Source: Candidatus Poribacteria bacterium
GTDB lineage: Bacteria; Poribacteria; WGA-4E; PCPOR2b
Direction: 5' to 3'
Assembly: GCA_965222435.1 (NCBI GenBank)
Contig: OZ244950.1
Span: 1,185,915 to 1,249,914 of the forward strand
DNA: 64,000 bases
The translations under genes and the position numbers were made by a program. The notes under the pieces were generated by a model. The model saw only the letters and a list, made by a program, of their open reading frames with translations. It searched no databases and was not told where the DNA came from. Position 1 is the stretch's first letter; each line of letters begins with the position of its first letter. This document shows positions 51,128-60,637 of the stretch, piece by piece.

Positions 51128-52081
51128 TCAGTCCTGCTTAATCAACTTCTGGAGTGAACGAAGTTCTCTGGGCGGATCCATTTGGCTGCCATAGTCGCTC
51201 CAAGAGACTTCGGCGACGTAGATATTCCCCTTAGAATCAACGGCGATTCCGTGTGGTGAGTAGAATCGTCCGGGCTCATCTCCATAGGATTGATCACTTA
51301 GTTGCGCCAATACATTCCCCTTGGTGTCCATGATACTTACCCGGGGACCAAGGTTGGTGCCCATCGCATTCGACGCGATACCACCAAAATACTCACCCAC
51401 ATACACCAACGGTTCATCTCTGGTGTCGAGACAGATACAAGCAGCCCTAGATAAGTTCAGCCACTGCGTTTCATACTTGCCATCGGGAGAGAATACCTGT
51501 ACTCGATGGTTCTCACGGTCAGCAATATATACCCACCCATCTTTATCGGTTGTGATGTTATGGACAATATTGAATTGTCCCTCACCCGTGCCTGACTCCC
51601 CCCAAGAAGACAGGTGTCGTCCGTCGGGCGTAAATCTATGAACCCGTGCGTTGGCGTATCCATCGGCTACATACAGATCACCGTTACGCGGATCAATTGC
51701 CAAATGCGTTGGGAGGTTGAAGGGTTCACCGCTCATCGGGGAAGAAGGTTGATGGGGTTGACCGAGGGTCATCAACAGTTTTCCATCGGGTGTGAACTGA
51801 CGAACGGTGTGATCTCCGTTATCAACACAGTAGACCGAACCGTCAGGACCAATGGTTACACCGTGTGGGTTAGCGAATATGCCATCCCCCCATGTCTGAA
51901 GCACATCGCCGTCCGAGTTGAAAACAACCATCGGGTGTGTACCACGATTAAAGACGTAGACATTATCATCTGAATCAACAGCGACAGCAGTGGCTTCTTT
52001 GTAAGTCCAATCTTCGGGTATGTTGCCCCAATCTTCGCCCGACGCTTGATATGTAAAATCTCCAGCACCTAAAGTAACCAT
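51128..52081 (-). CDS. NHL-repeat six-bladed beta-propeller (peptidylglycine amidating-lyase-like)
   Basis: Repeated G..G...P.GVA.D..G.VYV.D units. The start follows the RBS GGAGGA (the track start 52225 is rejected). Confidence 0.7.
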   Translation of the reverse strand: MVTLGAGDFTYQASGEDWGNIPEDWTYKEATAVAVDSDDNVYVFNRGTHPMVVFNSDGDVLQTWGDGIFANPHGVTIGPDGSVYCVDNGDHTVRQFTPDGKLLMTLGQPHQPSSPMSGEPFNLPTHLAIDPRNGDLYVADGYANARVHRFTPDGRHLSSWGESGTGEGQFNIVHNITTDKDGWVYIADRENHRVQVFSPDGKYETQWLNLSRAACICLDTRDEPLVYVGEYFGGIASNAMGTNLGPRVSIMDTKGNVLAQLSDQSYGDEPGRFYSPHGIAVDSKGNIYVAEVSWSDYGSQMDPPRELRSLQKLIKQD

Positions 52082-52240
52082 TTTTTCCTCCAATGGTATG
52101 AAAACCCAAGCCGCTATATATTGAAATTCCATTTGGAGCGCAATGTATAGATTGCGCCAGTTCAATGAAGCAATGAACCAATTAGGTTGATTATAACACA
52201 CCTGTCGCAACGATGTGAAGATCAAAATAATTGATGAACA

Positions 52241-52633
52241 TTGACAGGGGAGTTTGGATATGTTACCATGCGCGCCAAATCTTCGTCAGTGGAGCCATGG
52301 AATCTGCCAATGCAAGTTGCTTTGAACCCCGATTCTATCGGGAAGATATACGTAATATTTTTGGGCACGATTATCAGCGGTGGTCTTGCCCTTTGGGTGT
52401 ACAACGATAGTAGACTGCAAGAGCGATCTGGGTTTTGGGCTTTGGGTACTTTTTTTCTTCCGCAAGCGTTCTTTCCGCTTTACTTTTGGAATCAGATACC
52501 CGAACTTATTTGGACCTGCCCCAAATGCCAACGGGATAACCGGGCATGGTCGCGCAAATGTGGACGCTGCGATCAGTTCTACACAGCGGAAGAAACAGTT
52601 GCAAGGCTACCTCGGTGGTCATTCTTCTGGTGA
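52241..52633 (+). CDS. Small membrane protein with a C-terminal zinc ribbon (CPKC...CGRC)
   Basis: ORF only; it overlaps the start region of the next gene. Confidence 0.35.
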   Translation: MTGEFGYVTMRAKSSSVEPWNLPMQVALNPDSIGKIYVIFLGTIISGGLALWVYNDSRLQERSGFWALGTFFLPQAFFPLYFWNQIPELIWTCPKCQRDNRAWSRKCGRCDQFYTAEETVARLPRWSFFW

Positions 52634-53340
52634 CCTCTCTATTTCAAATGGTCGCGCATTATATCGCAATCTTGATGGCGGAAGGACTTGAGGTGCAGAC
52701 GGCAACAGACGCTGTATATACGCTCCCAGCTTCTCACTTCTGGAGCGTTAAGCTATTCGTCGGAAATGTGCTGATTTGGCTATCTTTTTTTTGCGTCACT
52801 GGCCGCTACCGCAGAACTGTGAAGTCTATCGGATTGGGATACAGCGGCAACCTTACCGACTTTGGACTGCCGCTGCTACTCGCCCCCGTTTTAGCCTTTG
52901 TTTCTGTAGGTTTCATGCAAGGGATAAGTTGGTTCAGCCAAGAAATACCCATAGAAGTACTAAGGAACTTGGCGCAATGGGAGCAGCAGCAATGGTCGAA
53001 CAGTATGCCAGAAAACCTGCAAGATGGCACAGTAATTCTTCTCGGTTTTGTGATGTTAATTCTACTGCCGGTGGGGGAAGAGATTCTTTTTCGGGGAATT
53101 GCGTATATCGGCCTCGCCGGTCGATTTGGTCAGACTAAGGGAATGGTCCTTAGCGCGCTCCTTTTTGCGGTACTCCATGGATACATCCGTTCTTTCGTCC
53201 CGTCGGTTTTGGGAGGGATTCCAATATTTCTCATGGGACTGACCCTTGCATGGCTCTACATTCGCACGAAATCGCTAATTCCGTGCATAATCATGCATAG
53301 CTTGGTAAACTTAATTTTAATCCTGATTTACTGGATGTGA
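52546..53340 (+). CDS. CPBP-family intramembrane glutamic endopeptidase (CAAX protease-like); the true start is probably 52615-52648
   Basis: EEILFRG, FAVLHG and MHSLVN motifs. Confidence 0.75.
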   Translation: MVAQMWTLRSVLHSGRNSCKATSVVILLVTSLFQMVAHYIAILMAEGLEVQTATDAVYTLPASHFWSVKLFVGNVLIWLSFFCVTGRYRRTVKSIGLGYSGNLTDFGLPLLLAPVLAFVSVGFMQGISWFSQEIPIEVLRNLAQWEQQQWSNSMPENLQDGTVILLGFVMLILLPVGEEILFRGIAYIGLAGRFGQTKGMVLSALLFAVLHGYIRSFVPSVLGGIPIFLMGLTLAWLYIRTKSLIPCIIMHSLVNLILILIYWM

Positions 53341-53381
53341 GGGTTAAATTGATAGAATTACGCAAGCTGCCACTATTCTAG

Positions 53382-53694
53382 CTAGGTTCTGTTGACATTT
53401 CATCGCAATCAGATAGTCGAGAGGTGTGCACAAACAGATGGTCCTTTGTAGGGGTTGGGTTTCCCAACCCTTTGCTCATACATCATAGACGATTTTGAAC
53501 TGCTGTAGGTCGATTTTCCAAAATCGACGGTTCGGTGTCGAGATATGAATATAGACCTACAATCAACTCAACCCGTATGGTTTGGGGTTTCCAACCCGCG
53601 TTGGTCAATGGGCGAGGGGACCTCGCCCCCCGATAAATCGGGATGCAGCACCTACGATTATGGACAGTTTTGCATAAATGTCAACACGCTCTAG
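53382..53694 (+). repeat. Copy C of the 310-bp MITE-like composite repeat
   Basis: Termini CTAGGTTCTGTTGACAT...ATGTCAACACGCTCTAG. Confidence 0.85.
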
Positions 53695-53746
53695 CCATTC
53701 AAGATTCGCATCTTGCCTCGATAGTCCGTCTTGGGGGCTTAGTTGA

Positions 53747-54838
53747 TTAGAATTTACCAGATACCTCCTCGCCCTGTTCTCCAATCGGATAAGTCCCCAA
53801 AATTTTCATCATCACGCACAACTCCTGAATTTCTGTAAGTGCTTTTCGGACATTTTCATCTTCCGCATGCCCATCCAAGTCTACAAAGAAAACATACTCC
53901 CACGCTTTGGTACGGGTGGGCAGAGACTCAATCTTGCTCATATTGAGTTCATAGTGCTTCAACACCTGCAGCACCTCCCACAACGCGCCAACTTTATCCT
54001 TAACCGAGAAAATAATAGATGTTCGGTCATCTCCAGTTTGTGCTGCCGGGTGGCTTCCAATAACAAGGAAGCGCGTCGTATTGTTTGGCCCGTCCATGAT
54101 TGACTCGGCTACCACAGACAGCCCATAAAGCTCACCTGCGAGTTGACTCGCTATCGCTGCCGCATTTGGTTCACTGGCAGCCAATTCTGCTGCTTCTGAC
54201 GTGCTAGAGACCTCAATTTGATGGACACCTGACATATTGTGACCAAGCCATCGACGACATTGGGCAAACGCTTGTGGGTGGGAGTAAATTTTTTTTATCT
54301 GTGCTAGCGGAGATTTTGAGAGGAGATGCTGTTTGATTGGCAAGAAGCACTCCCCACAAATTCGAAGGCTTGTGTACTGAAACATTTCTAAAACATCACG
54401 GACTGTTCCATGTGTAGAGTTTTCGATTGCGACAACACCGTAATCTGCTCGACCAGATTCGACCGTTGTAAAAATATCAGGTTGAGGTGTCACCGCGATA
54501 AACTCTACTGATGTACCAAAGAAATGTGACCCCGCCGTGTGACCAAAACTACCAGCAGGACCGAGGAAGGCGATGGATAACGGTCTTTCAAGCGCACGGC
54601 AGGCGGAGATAATCTCGGTATAAATCTTGTGCAGCGCTTCAGCCGGGAATTGCCCTCGGTTTTGCGTTTCCAACCGGGAGAGAATTTCTCGCTCTCGATG
54701 CGGCGCGTAGATCCGTTCAACGCCGGTGTGCGATTTGAGTTCACCGACACGTTTGACAATAATTGCCCGTTCCTGTAAAAGAGCTAAAATCTGGTCATCA
54801 ATCTGATCCAGCAGATTGCGGTAGTCTTTCAATTTCAT
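53747..54838 (-). CDS. pheA: Bifunctional chorismate mutase / prephenate dehydratase (P-protein)
   Basis: N-terminal CM helix (LRNLLDQIDDQILALLQERA), a PDT domain and a C-terminal ACT domain. Confidence 0.85.
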   Translation of the reverse strand: MKLKDYRNLLDQIDDQILALLQERAIIVKRVGELKSHTGVERIYAPHREREILSRLETQNRGQFPAEALHKIYTEIISACRALERPLSIAFLGPAGSFGHTAGSHFFGTSVEFIAVTPQPDIFTTVESGRADYGVVAIENSTHGTVRDVLEMFQYTSLRICGECFLPIKQHLLSKSPLAQIKKIYSHPQAFAQCRRWLGHNMSGVHQIEVSSTSEAAELAASEPNAAAIASQLAGELYGLSVVAESIMDGPNNTTRFLVIGSHPAAQTGDDRTSIIFSVKDKVGALWEVLQVLKHYELNMSKIESLPTRTKAWEYVFFVDLDGHAEDENVRKALTEIQELCVMMKILGTYPIGEQGEEVSGKF

Positions 54839-54939
54839 AATGGGTGCGTCAAACGCTATCTCCTACGCTTTTGATAGGTGAAGGTGGTTTGGGTTCAGAA
54901 GCCGAGTTTTTCTAAAAACTCGGCTTCTCTTTCGCACGT

Positions 54940-57498
54940 TTATTTAAGAATTACCATGCGTCGTAAGTCGGTATAATCACCTGCCCCGATAGATCGGGAT
55001 GGAGACACTTGGAGTTGATAGAAATAGACGCCACTTGCGACCGATTCCCCAATTTCGTTGCGTCCGTCCCAATAGGCGGCTTTCGCCCGGTTGGTGTAAA
55101 ATCCTGTGGACTGGTACCCCAAATCGAACTCGCGTACCGGCGTACCTTTCGTGTCATAAACCGTAAGCGTCACGTCGGCATCGTTGGCAAGCTGATATGG
55201 GATCCATGTCTCTGGATTGAACGGGTTGGGATAGTTAGGCAAGAGTGCTGTTTCTTGCGGAACCAATGCTGCAAGGAGTTGTTCAAGGAAGAGAATTCCT
55301 CTTTGCGTCCTTACATCGGTTGGGTCTAACCCTTGTGTTTGGGTGAGCCACCCCTTGACATCGGCGGGGGTTAGGTTGGTCAATGCGAGCTGATGCCCCG
55401 CAGGTGCGGCAGCAGTGTTTCCTATCGCGCTGGCAACCTGAACCAAATCAGCGATGTCTACAACGCCATCCCCGTTGACATCGGCATCGTTTTCCCCTGT
55501 CTGTCCCAAGCGTAATCCAACCAGAGCTAAATCCAAGATGTTGACGACCCCATTCCCATTGACATCCTCAACCGGCGGGTCCTCCTCAACGACTGGAGGT
55601 GGCGGTGGTTCCTCGGGTGGCGGTGGCGGTGTAACATCCCACAGCAGCACCGTGCCGTCCCAACTCCCACTAGCCAGCATGGTGCCATCAGAACTGAAAA
55701 CAACACTTTCAACGCTACTTGCATGCCCGATAAGAGTTTTCAATTCCTCACCGGTATTAGCATCCCACAAGCTAACCGTATCATCCCACGCCCCATTTGC
55801 GAGAATTTTTCCATCGGGACTGAAAGCGACACTTTCGACACCATATGTCTCTCGATCAATCACTACCATCTCCTCACCGGTGGCGACATCCCACAGACGA
55901 ATGACAGTATCTATTCCGGCACTCGCGAGGATCTTGTCATCGGGACTGAAAGCAACGGTCAGGACATGAAGGTAATGTCCCCCAAGCACGTGTAGGGTTT
56001 CCCCGGTGTCAACATCCCACAGACGAGCGGTACTATCTCGACTCCCACTTGCAAGGATCTTCCCATCAGAAGTGAAAGCGAGGCTCTCGACGCCGGTGCT
56101 ATGTCCACGGAGGGTTCTCAAACGTTTCCCGGTAGCGACATCCCATAAGCGGACATCATCGTCCTCGCTTCCGCTCGCTACCATGCTACCATCGGGACTG
56201 AAAGCAACGCTTATAATATAGGAACTATGTCCGACAAGCGTTTTCAGGTGCGCTCCGGTATCAACGTCCCACAAGCGGACGGTATTGTCTTGACTGCCAC
56301 TAGCGAGTGTGCGCCCATCCGGGCTGAACGCAACGATGTCCACGTCGTCTGTGTGCCCGAAGAGGAAGTGTTCGCGCTCTCCTGTTTCCGTATTCCACAG
56401 GCGGATGGTACTGTCCCAACTCCGACCGACAAGTACGCGCCCCTCCGGACTAAACGCAACATTCAAAACAAAATCCGCGAACCCGGTGACGGTTTCTGTG
56501 TTTTCACCTGTGCCAACATCCCATAGCCGGAAAGAGGCATCCCACGCTCCACTTGCAAGGGTCCGACCATCCGGGCTAAACGCAACGTTGATAACATTAG
56601 CGGTATGTTCGGTCAGCGTGTGCACGGCTACACCGGTGTCAACATCCCACAAGCGGAGGGTATCGTCCTCACTCGCACTTGCTAGGATACCCTCATCCGA
56701 AAAAGTGAGATCGTAAATTATTGAGGTATGTCCGGTGAGTGTTTTGATGGGGTCACCGGTATCAACATCCCACAGGTGGATCATTGCGTCGTAATCTCCA
56801 CTTGCGACCATATCCCCATCCGGACTGAAGGCAACCGCCCGGACGAGAGATGTATGCCCGGTGATGGTTCTGATGAGCTCACCCGTAGCCACATCCCACA
56901 AACGGACAGTTTGATCCCAACTCCCACTAGCCACTATATCCCCATTTGGACTAAAAGCAACGCTGTTGACCCGATCCGTATGTTCCTCAAGGGTGTGAAT
57001 AGTCTCACCGGTGTCAACATCCCACAGGCGAACTGTATCGTCGTAACTTCCACTTGCGAGAATCTTTCCATCCGGGCTGAAAGCAAGGCTCCGAATACCA
57101 CTCCTATGCCCGGTCAAGGTTTGGATGTCCTCACCTGTAGTGGTATCCCACAGACGGATAGCCCTGTCCCAACCCCCACTGGCAAGTATGGTTCCATCCG
57201 GCGAATACGCCAGAGAAGATGGCGAATACGTCGCAGAAGAATATATTGCAGTCTGTCCCGTGAGCAGATCAACCTCTTTCAGAGTTGCCGTATCGTAGAG
57301 CCAAATACCGATGGCGGTGGCGACTGCGAGCCGGCTGCCGTCGGGCGAATACTGAAGTCCAGCTATCCATCCTTTACCGAATCGCGCAATCGCATCATCG
57401 GGTAACTGCCACTGCGGATTTTCTTGGGCGAAGCTGTTTGATAGAAATAGAGCAGAGAGTAATAATAAAGTAAGGCTAAAAAACACTGTCCTTTTCAT
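54940..57498 (-). CDS. Secreted protein: about 14 WD40 repeats, a Pro-rich linker, a dockerin-like repeat pair and a FlgD-Ig/T9SS-type C-terminal domain
   Basis: Signal peptide MKRTVFFSLTLLLLSALFLSNSFAQ; repeated ...VRLWDV.TGE...GH...V.SVAFSPDG..LASGS; DVNGNGVVNILDL/DVNGDGVVDIADL; C-terminus GVYFYQLQ. The start follows the RBS AAGGAG. Confidence 0.85.
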   Translation of the reverse strand: MKRTVFFSLTLLLLSALFLSNSFAQENPQWQLPDDAIARFGKGWIAGLQYSPDGSRLAVATAIGIWLYDTATLKEVDLLTGQTAIYSSATYSPSSLAYSPDGTILASGGWDRAIRLWDTTTGEDIQTLTGHRSGIRSLAFSPDGKILASGSYDDTVRLWDVDTGETIHTLEEHTDRVNSVAFSPNGDIVASGSWDQTVRLWDVATGELIRTITGHTSLVRAVAFSPDGDMVASGDYDAMIHLWDVDTGDPIKTLTGHTSIIYDLTFSDEGILASASEDDTLRLWDVDTGVAVHTLTEHTANVINVAFSPDGRTLASGAWDASFRLWDVGTGENTETVTGFADFVLNVAFSPEGRVLVGRSWDSTIRLWNTETGEREHFLFGHTDDVDIVAFSPDGRTLASGSQDNTVRLWDVDTGAHLKTLVGHSSYIISVAFSPDGSMVASGSEDDDVRLWDVATGKRLRTLRGHSTGVESLAFTSDGKILASGSRDSTARLWDVDTGETLHVLGGHYLHVLTVAFSPDDKILASAGIDTVIRLWDVATGEEMVVIDRETYGVESVAFSPDGKILANGAWDDTVSLWDANTGEELKTLIGHASSVESVVFSSDGTMLASGSWDGTVLLWDVTPPPPPEEPPPPPVVEEDPPVEDVNGNGVVNILDLALVGLRLGQTGENDADVNGDGVVDIADLVQVASAIGNTAAAPAGHQLALTNLTPADVKGWLTQTQGLDPTDVRTQRGILFLEQLLAALVPQETALLPNYPNPFNPETWIPYQLANDADVTLTVYDTKGTPVREFDLGYQSTGFYTNRAKAAYWDGRNEIGESVASGVYFYQLQVSPSRSIGAGDYTDLRRMVILK

Positions 57499-57628
57499 TG
57501 AAATTGATTCTCCTTTTTGATTATCAGATTTGCAGAACCCCAAATACAAAGCAAATGAGCGAAAGGTGGCTTAGATCCAGAATCCGAGTTTTTTAGAAAA
57601 ACCCGGATTCTTTCGCCAATTAGTGCAC

Positions 57629-60136
57629 CTACTTAAGAATCACCATCCGCCGCAAGTCAGTATAATCTCCTGCTTGCAGTTGATAGAAATAAACTCCGCT
57701 TGCGACCGATTCGCCGGTGTCATTGCGTCCATCCCAATAAGCGGCTTTGGTCCGAGTGGTATAGAAGCCCGCGGACTGATGTCCCAAATCAAATTGTCGC
57801 ACCGGTGCGCCGTTTGTGTCGTAGACCGTGAGGGCGACATTGGCATCGTTGGCAAGTTGATAAGGGATCCACGTCTCCGGATTGAATGGGTTGGGAAAGT
57901 TAGCCAAGAGTGCTGTCTCTTTCGGATTCAGTGTTGCAAGAAGGTATTCAAGGAAAAGGATCCCCCTTTGTGAACGGACGTCCGTGAGATCTAACGTCTG
58001 TGCTTGGATAAGCCACTCCTCCACATCCGCGGGGGTAAGGTTCGCTAATGCTGTAGGATGCACCGAAGGTGCAGCAGTCGTGTTTCCTATCGCACCGGCG
58101 ACCTGAACCAAGTCCGCAATATCCACAACGCCATCCCCATTGACATCGGCATCATTTTCTCCTATCTGCCCCAAGCGAAAGCCAACTAGGGCTAAATCCA
58201 AGATGTTGACGACTCCATTCCCGTTGACATCCTCGACGAGTGGGGGCGAGGGTTCCTCGGGCTCTGGTGGTGGCTGTGGAATATCCCACAGCAACACTGT
58301 GCCGTCCCGACTTCCACTTGCGAGGACTGTGCCATCGGAGTTAAAGGCAACGCTCTCAACCCTAGAGGCGTGTCCGGAAAAAGTTTCGATATGCTCACCT
58401 GTTGCAACATCCCACAAACCAATCGCATTACCCCAGCCCCCGGCTGCGAGGGTCTTTCCATCGCGACTGAAAGCAACGCTCTCAATAACGCTTTCGACAC
58501 CATAATCACTTCCTTGGATGGTTGTGGTTTCCTCACCGGTGACGACATCCCACAAGCGGATGGTATTGTCCCACCCCCCACTTGCGAGGATTGTGCCATC
58601 AGGATTGAACGCAACGGTGAGGACATGTCCCCTATGGCCAAAAAACGCCTGCAGAACATCCCCGGTCTCAACATCCCACAGACCTATGGCAGAGTCTCGT
58701 GCCGCGCTTGCGAAGGTTGTGCCATCCGGACTGAAAGCGATACTCTCGACACCAGCATCGTGTCCGAAAAAGGTTCCTAGACGTTCCCCGGTGGCGACAT
58801 CCCACAAACGGATAGTATCGTCCTCACTTCCACTGGCGAGGGTTGTACCATCGGGACTGAAAGCGATGGTTATAATATAAGCCCAATGTGCGACGAGAGT
58901 TTTCAGATGTGCTCCGGTCTCAGCGTCCCACAGGCGGACCGTATTGTCCTGACTACCGCTGGCGATTGTGCGACCATCCGGACTGAAAACAACGATGTCT
59001 ACATCGTCTGTATGCCCAACGAGAAAGTGTTGGCGCTCTCCTGTTTCGGTATTCCAGACACGAATCGTCTGGTCCCAACTCCGACCAACGAGTGTGCGGT
59101 CCCCCGGACCAAAAGCAACGCTCAGGACAGTGCTCTCATGCCCAGTAAGGGTTCCAGTATTTTCGCCGGTGTCAATATCCCACAGACGGACGGTCGCATC
59201 CCCACTTCCACTAGCAAGGGTGTTGCCGTCCGGACTAAACGCAACCCGGTAGGCATCAGCCGTGTGTTCGGTAAAAGCTTTGACTGTTTCACCCGTAACA
59301 GCATTCCACAGGCGAATAGTATCGTCCTCGCTTGCACTTGCCAGTATGCCCCCATCCGCAGAAAAGACAACCTCGTAGATAGTCGAGGTATGCCCAGTGA
59401 GAGTTCTGATTTTCTCGCCTGTTTTGACGTTCCACAGATGAATCATCGAATCAAAATCTCCGCTGGCGAGGGTGCCGCCCCAACCGAAAGCGACTGTCCT
59501 AATGAGAGACGTATGTTCGGTAAAGGTATGGAGGTTATCACCTGTAGCGACATCCCACACGCGAACGGTTTGGTCCCAGCTCCCGCTGGCAACCATATCT
59601 CCATCTGGGCTGAAAGCAACACTAGAGACCCAATCCTCATGTTCAGTAAGGGTCTTGATATTTTCGCCGGTGTCAACATCCCACAGGCGAACGGTATCGT
59701 CGTAGCTTCCACTAACAAGGGTTTTTCCGTCCGGGCTGAAGGCAACGCTCAGAATACCTTCCTCATGACCGGTAAGGGTATTGATGCTCTCGCCTGTAGC
59801 AGTATCCCACACGCGAATGGTTTGGTCCCAACTCCCACTAGCAAGTAAGCTCCCATCCGGAGAATATGCGATGGTAGAGACTGTTTCCGTGTGTCCGGTG
59901 AGCAGATCGACCTCTTGAAGAGTTTCCGCATCGTAGAGCCAAATACCGATAGCACTGCCGACCGCGAGCCGGGTGCCATCGGGCGAATACTCAAGTCCAG
60001 ATATCCAACCTTTGCCGAATCGCGCAGTAGCACCATCGGGCAGCTGCCACTGCGGGTTATCTTGGGCAAAGCTATTTGATAGAAATAGAGCAGAGACTAA
60101 CAATAAGATAAAAGTAAACAACGTCGTCTTTTTCAT
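57629..60136 (-). CDS. Tandem paralogue of the WD40-dockerin-CTD secreted protein
   Basis: Same architecture, with near-identical signal peptide and C-terminal 200 aa. Confidence 0.85.
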   Translation of the reverse strand: MKKTTLFTFILLLVSALFLSNSFAQDNPQWQLPDGATARFGKGWISGLEYSPDGTRLAVGSAIGIWLYDAETLQEVDLLTGHTETVSTIAYSPDGSLLASGSWDQTIRVWDTATGESINTLTGHEEGILSVAFSPDGKTLVSGSYDDTVRLWDVDTGENIKTLTEHEDWVSSVAFSPDGDMVASGSWDQTVRVWDVATGDNLHTFTEHTSLIRTVAFGWGGTLASGDFDSMIHLWNVKTGEKIRTLTGHTSTIYEVVFSADGGILASASEDDTIRLWNAVTGETVKAFTEHTADAYRVAFSPDGNTLASGSGDATVRLWDIDTGENTGTLTGHESTVLSVAFGPGDRTLVGRSWDQTIRVWNTETGERQHFLVGHTDDVDIVVFSPDGRTIASGSQDNTVRLWDAETGAHLKTLVAHWAYIITIAFSPDGTTLASGSEDDTIRLWDVATGERLGTFFGHDAGVESIAFSPDGTTFASAARDSAIGLWDVETGDVLQAFFGHRGHVLTVAFNPDGTILASGGWDNTIRLWDVVTGEETTTIQGSDYGVESVIESVAFSRDGKTLAAGGWGNAIGLWDVATGEHIETFSGHASRVESVAFNSDGTVLASGSRDGTVLLWDIPQPPPEPEEPSPPLVEDVNGNGVVNILDLALVGFRLGQIGENDADVNGDGVVDIADLVQVAGAIGNTTAAPSVHPTALANLTPADVEEWLIQAQTLDLTDVRSQRGILFLEYLLATLNPKETALLANFPNPFNPETWIPYQLANDANVALTVYDTNGAPVRQFDLGHQSAGFYTTRTKAAYWDGRNDTGESVASGVYFYQLQAGDYTDLRRMVILK

Positions 60137-60267
60137 TGAGATTTACTCTCCGTTTTATATTGTCGATTCTGAGGTATATTCTTAGGAGTTGGAGCAGGTT
60201 GGGCGCAGCGAAATCCCGATGTATCGGGGGAGATCGCTGCCTGCACCCCTGCTCGCCGTTTCAATAC

Positions 60268-60512
60268 TTATTGATTGAGCTTTTGCATCGCGGCAATCAT
60301 ATCATCGTCTGACGGGTTACTTTTCACCATCTCAACGAACTCATCAGCATCTATCTTGTGTTCCTCCAGGAACTTTTTGTCCTGCGGTCACGGATAGATA
60401 TACTCACCGATAGTACCGTTCAGTTTGGCACGCGCCTTGTCACTAACCCGTGCCAACCACCAGTACCCGCCAACGAGCATATCCCGATGCCGTGGTTTCC
60501 AATCGAGTCCCA
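60268..60512 (-). CDS. DUF5069-like small protein with an in-frame TGA (candidate selenocysteine; otherwise a pseudogene)
   Basis: RBS AAGGAGGTGA 7 nt before the ATG at 60512. The translation is MGLDWKPRHRDMLVGGYWWLARVSDKARAKLNGTIGEYIYP-TGA-PQDKKFLEEHKIDADEFVEMVKSNPSDDDMIAAMQKLNQ, in one continuous frame. The TGA is at 60388-60390. Confidence 0.5.
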
Positions 60513-60637
60513 TGTAATTCACCTCCTTTACGTTAATCTCAAAATAAGAAGCCAAACTGCTAAAAAAAACAGGATAACGGGGAGACCGGCGATGCCCCGT
60601 CTCGTTTTCACGTCTGCTCGTTTTCACGTTTTCATGC

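Noticed and set aside
36506-53694. The three 310-bp repeats as a second, degenerate CRISPR-like array or as rRNA/tRNA-related sequence.
   Set aside because: The copies are 8-9 kb apart, one is inverted, they have terminal inverted repeats and internal hairpins, and there are no regular spacers. A MITE/REP-cluster interpretation fits better.
55009-59848. Long plus-strand ORFs inside the WD40 genes (for example 58886-59848 at 320 aa and 56728-57405 at 225 aa).
   Set aside because: They are antisense frames kept open by the periodic WD40 codon pattern. Their own sequences are repetitive mirror images of the WD repeats.
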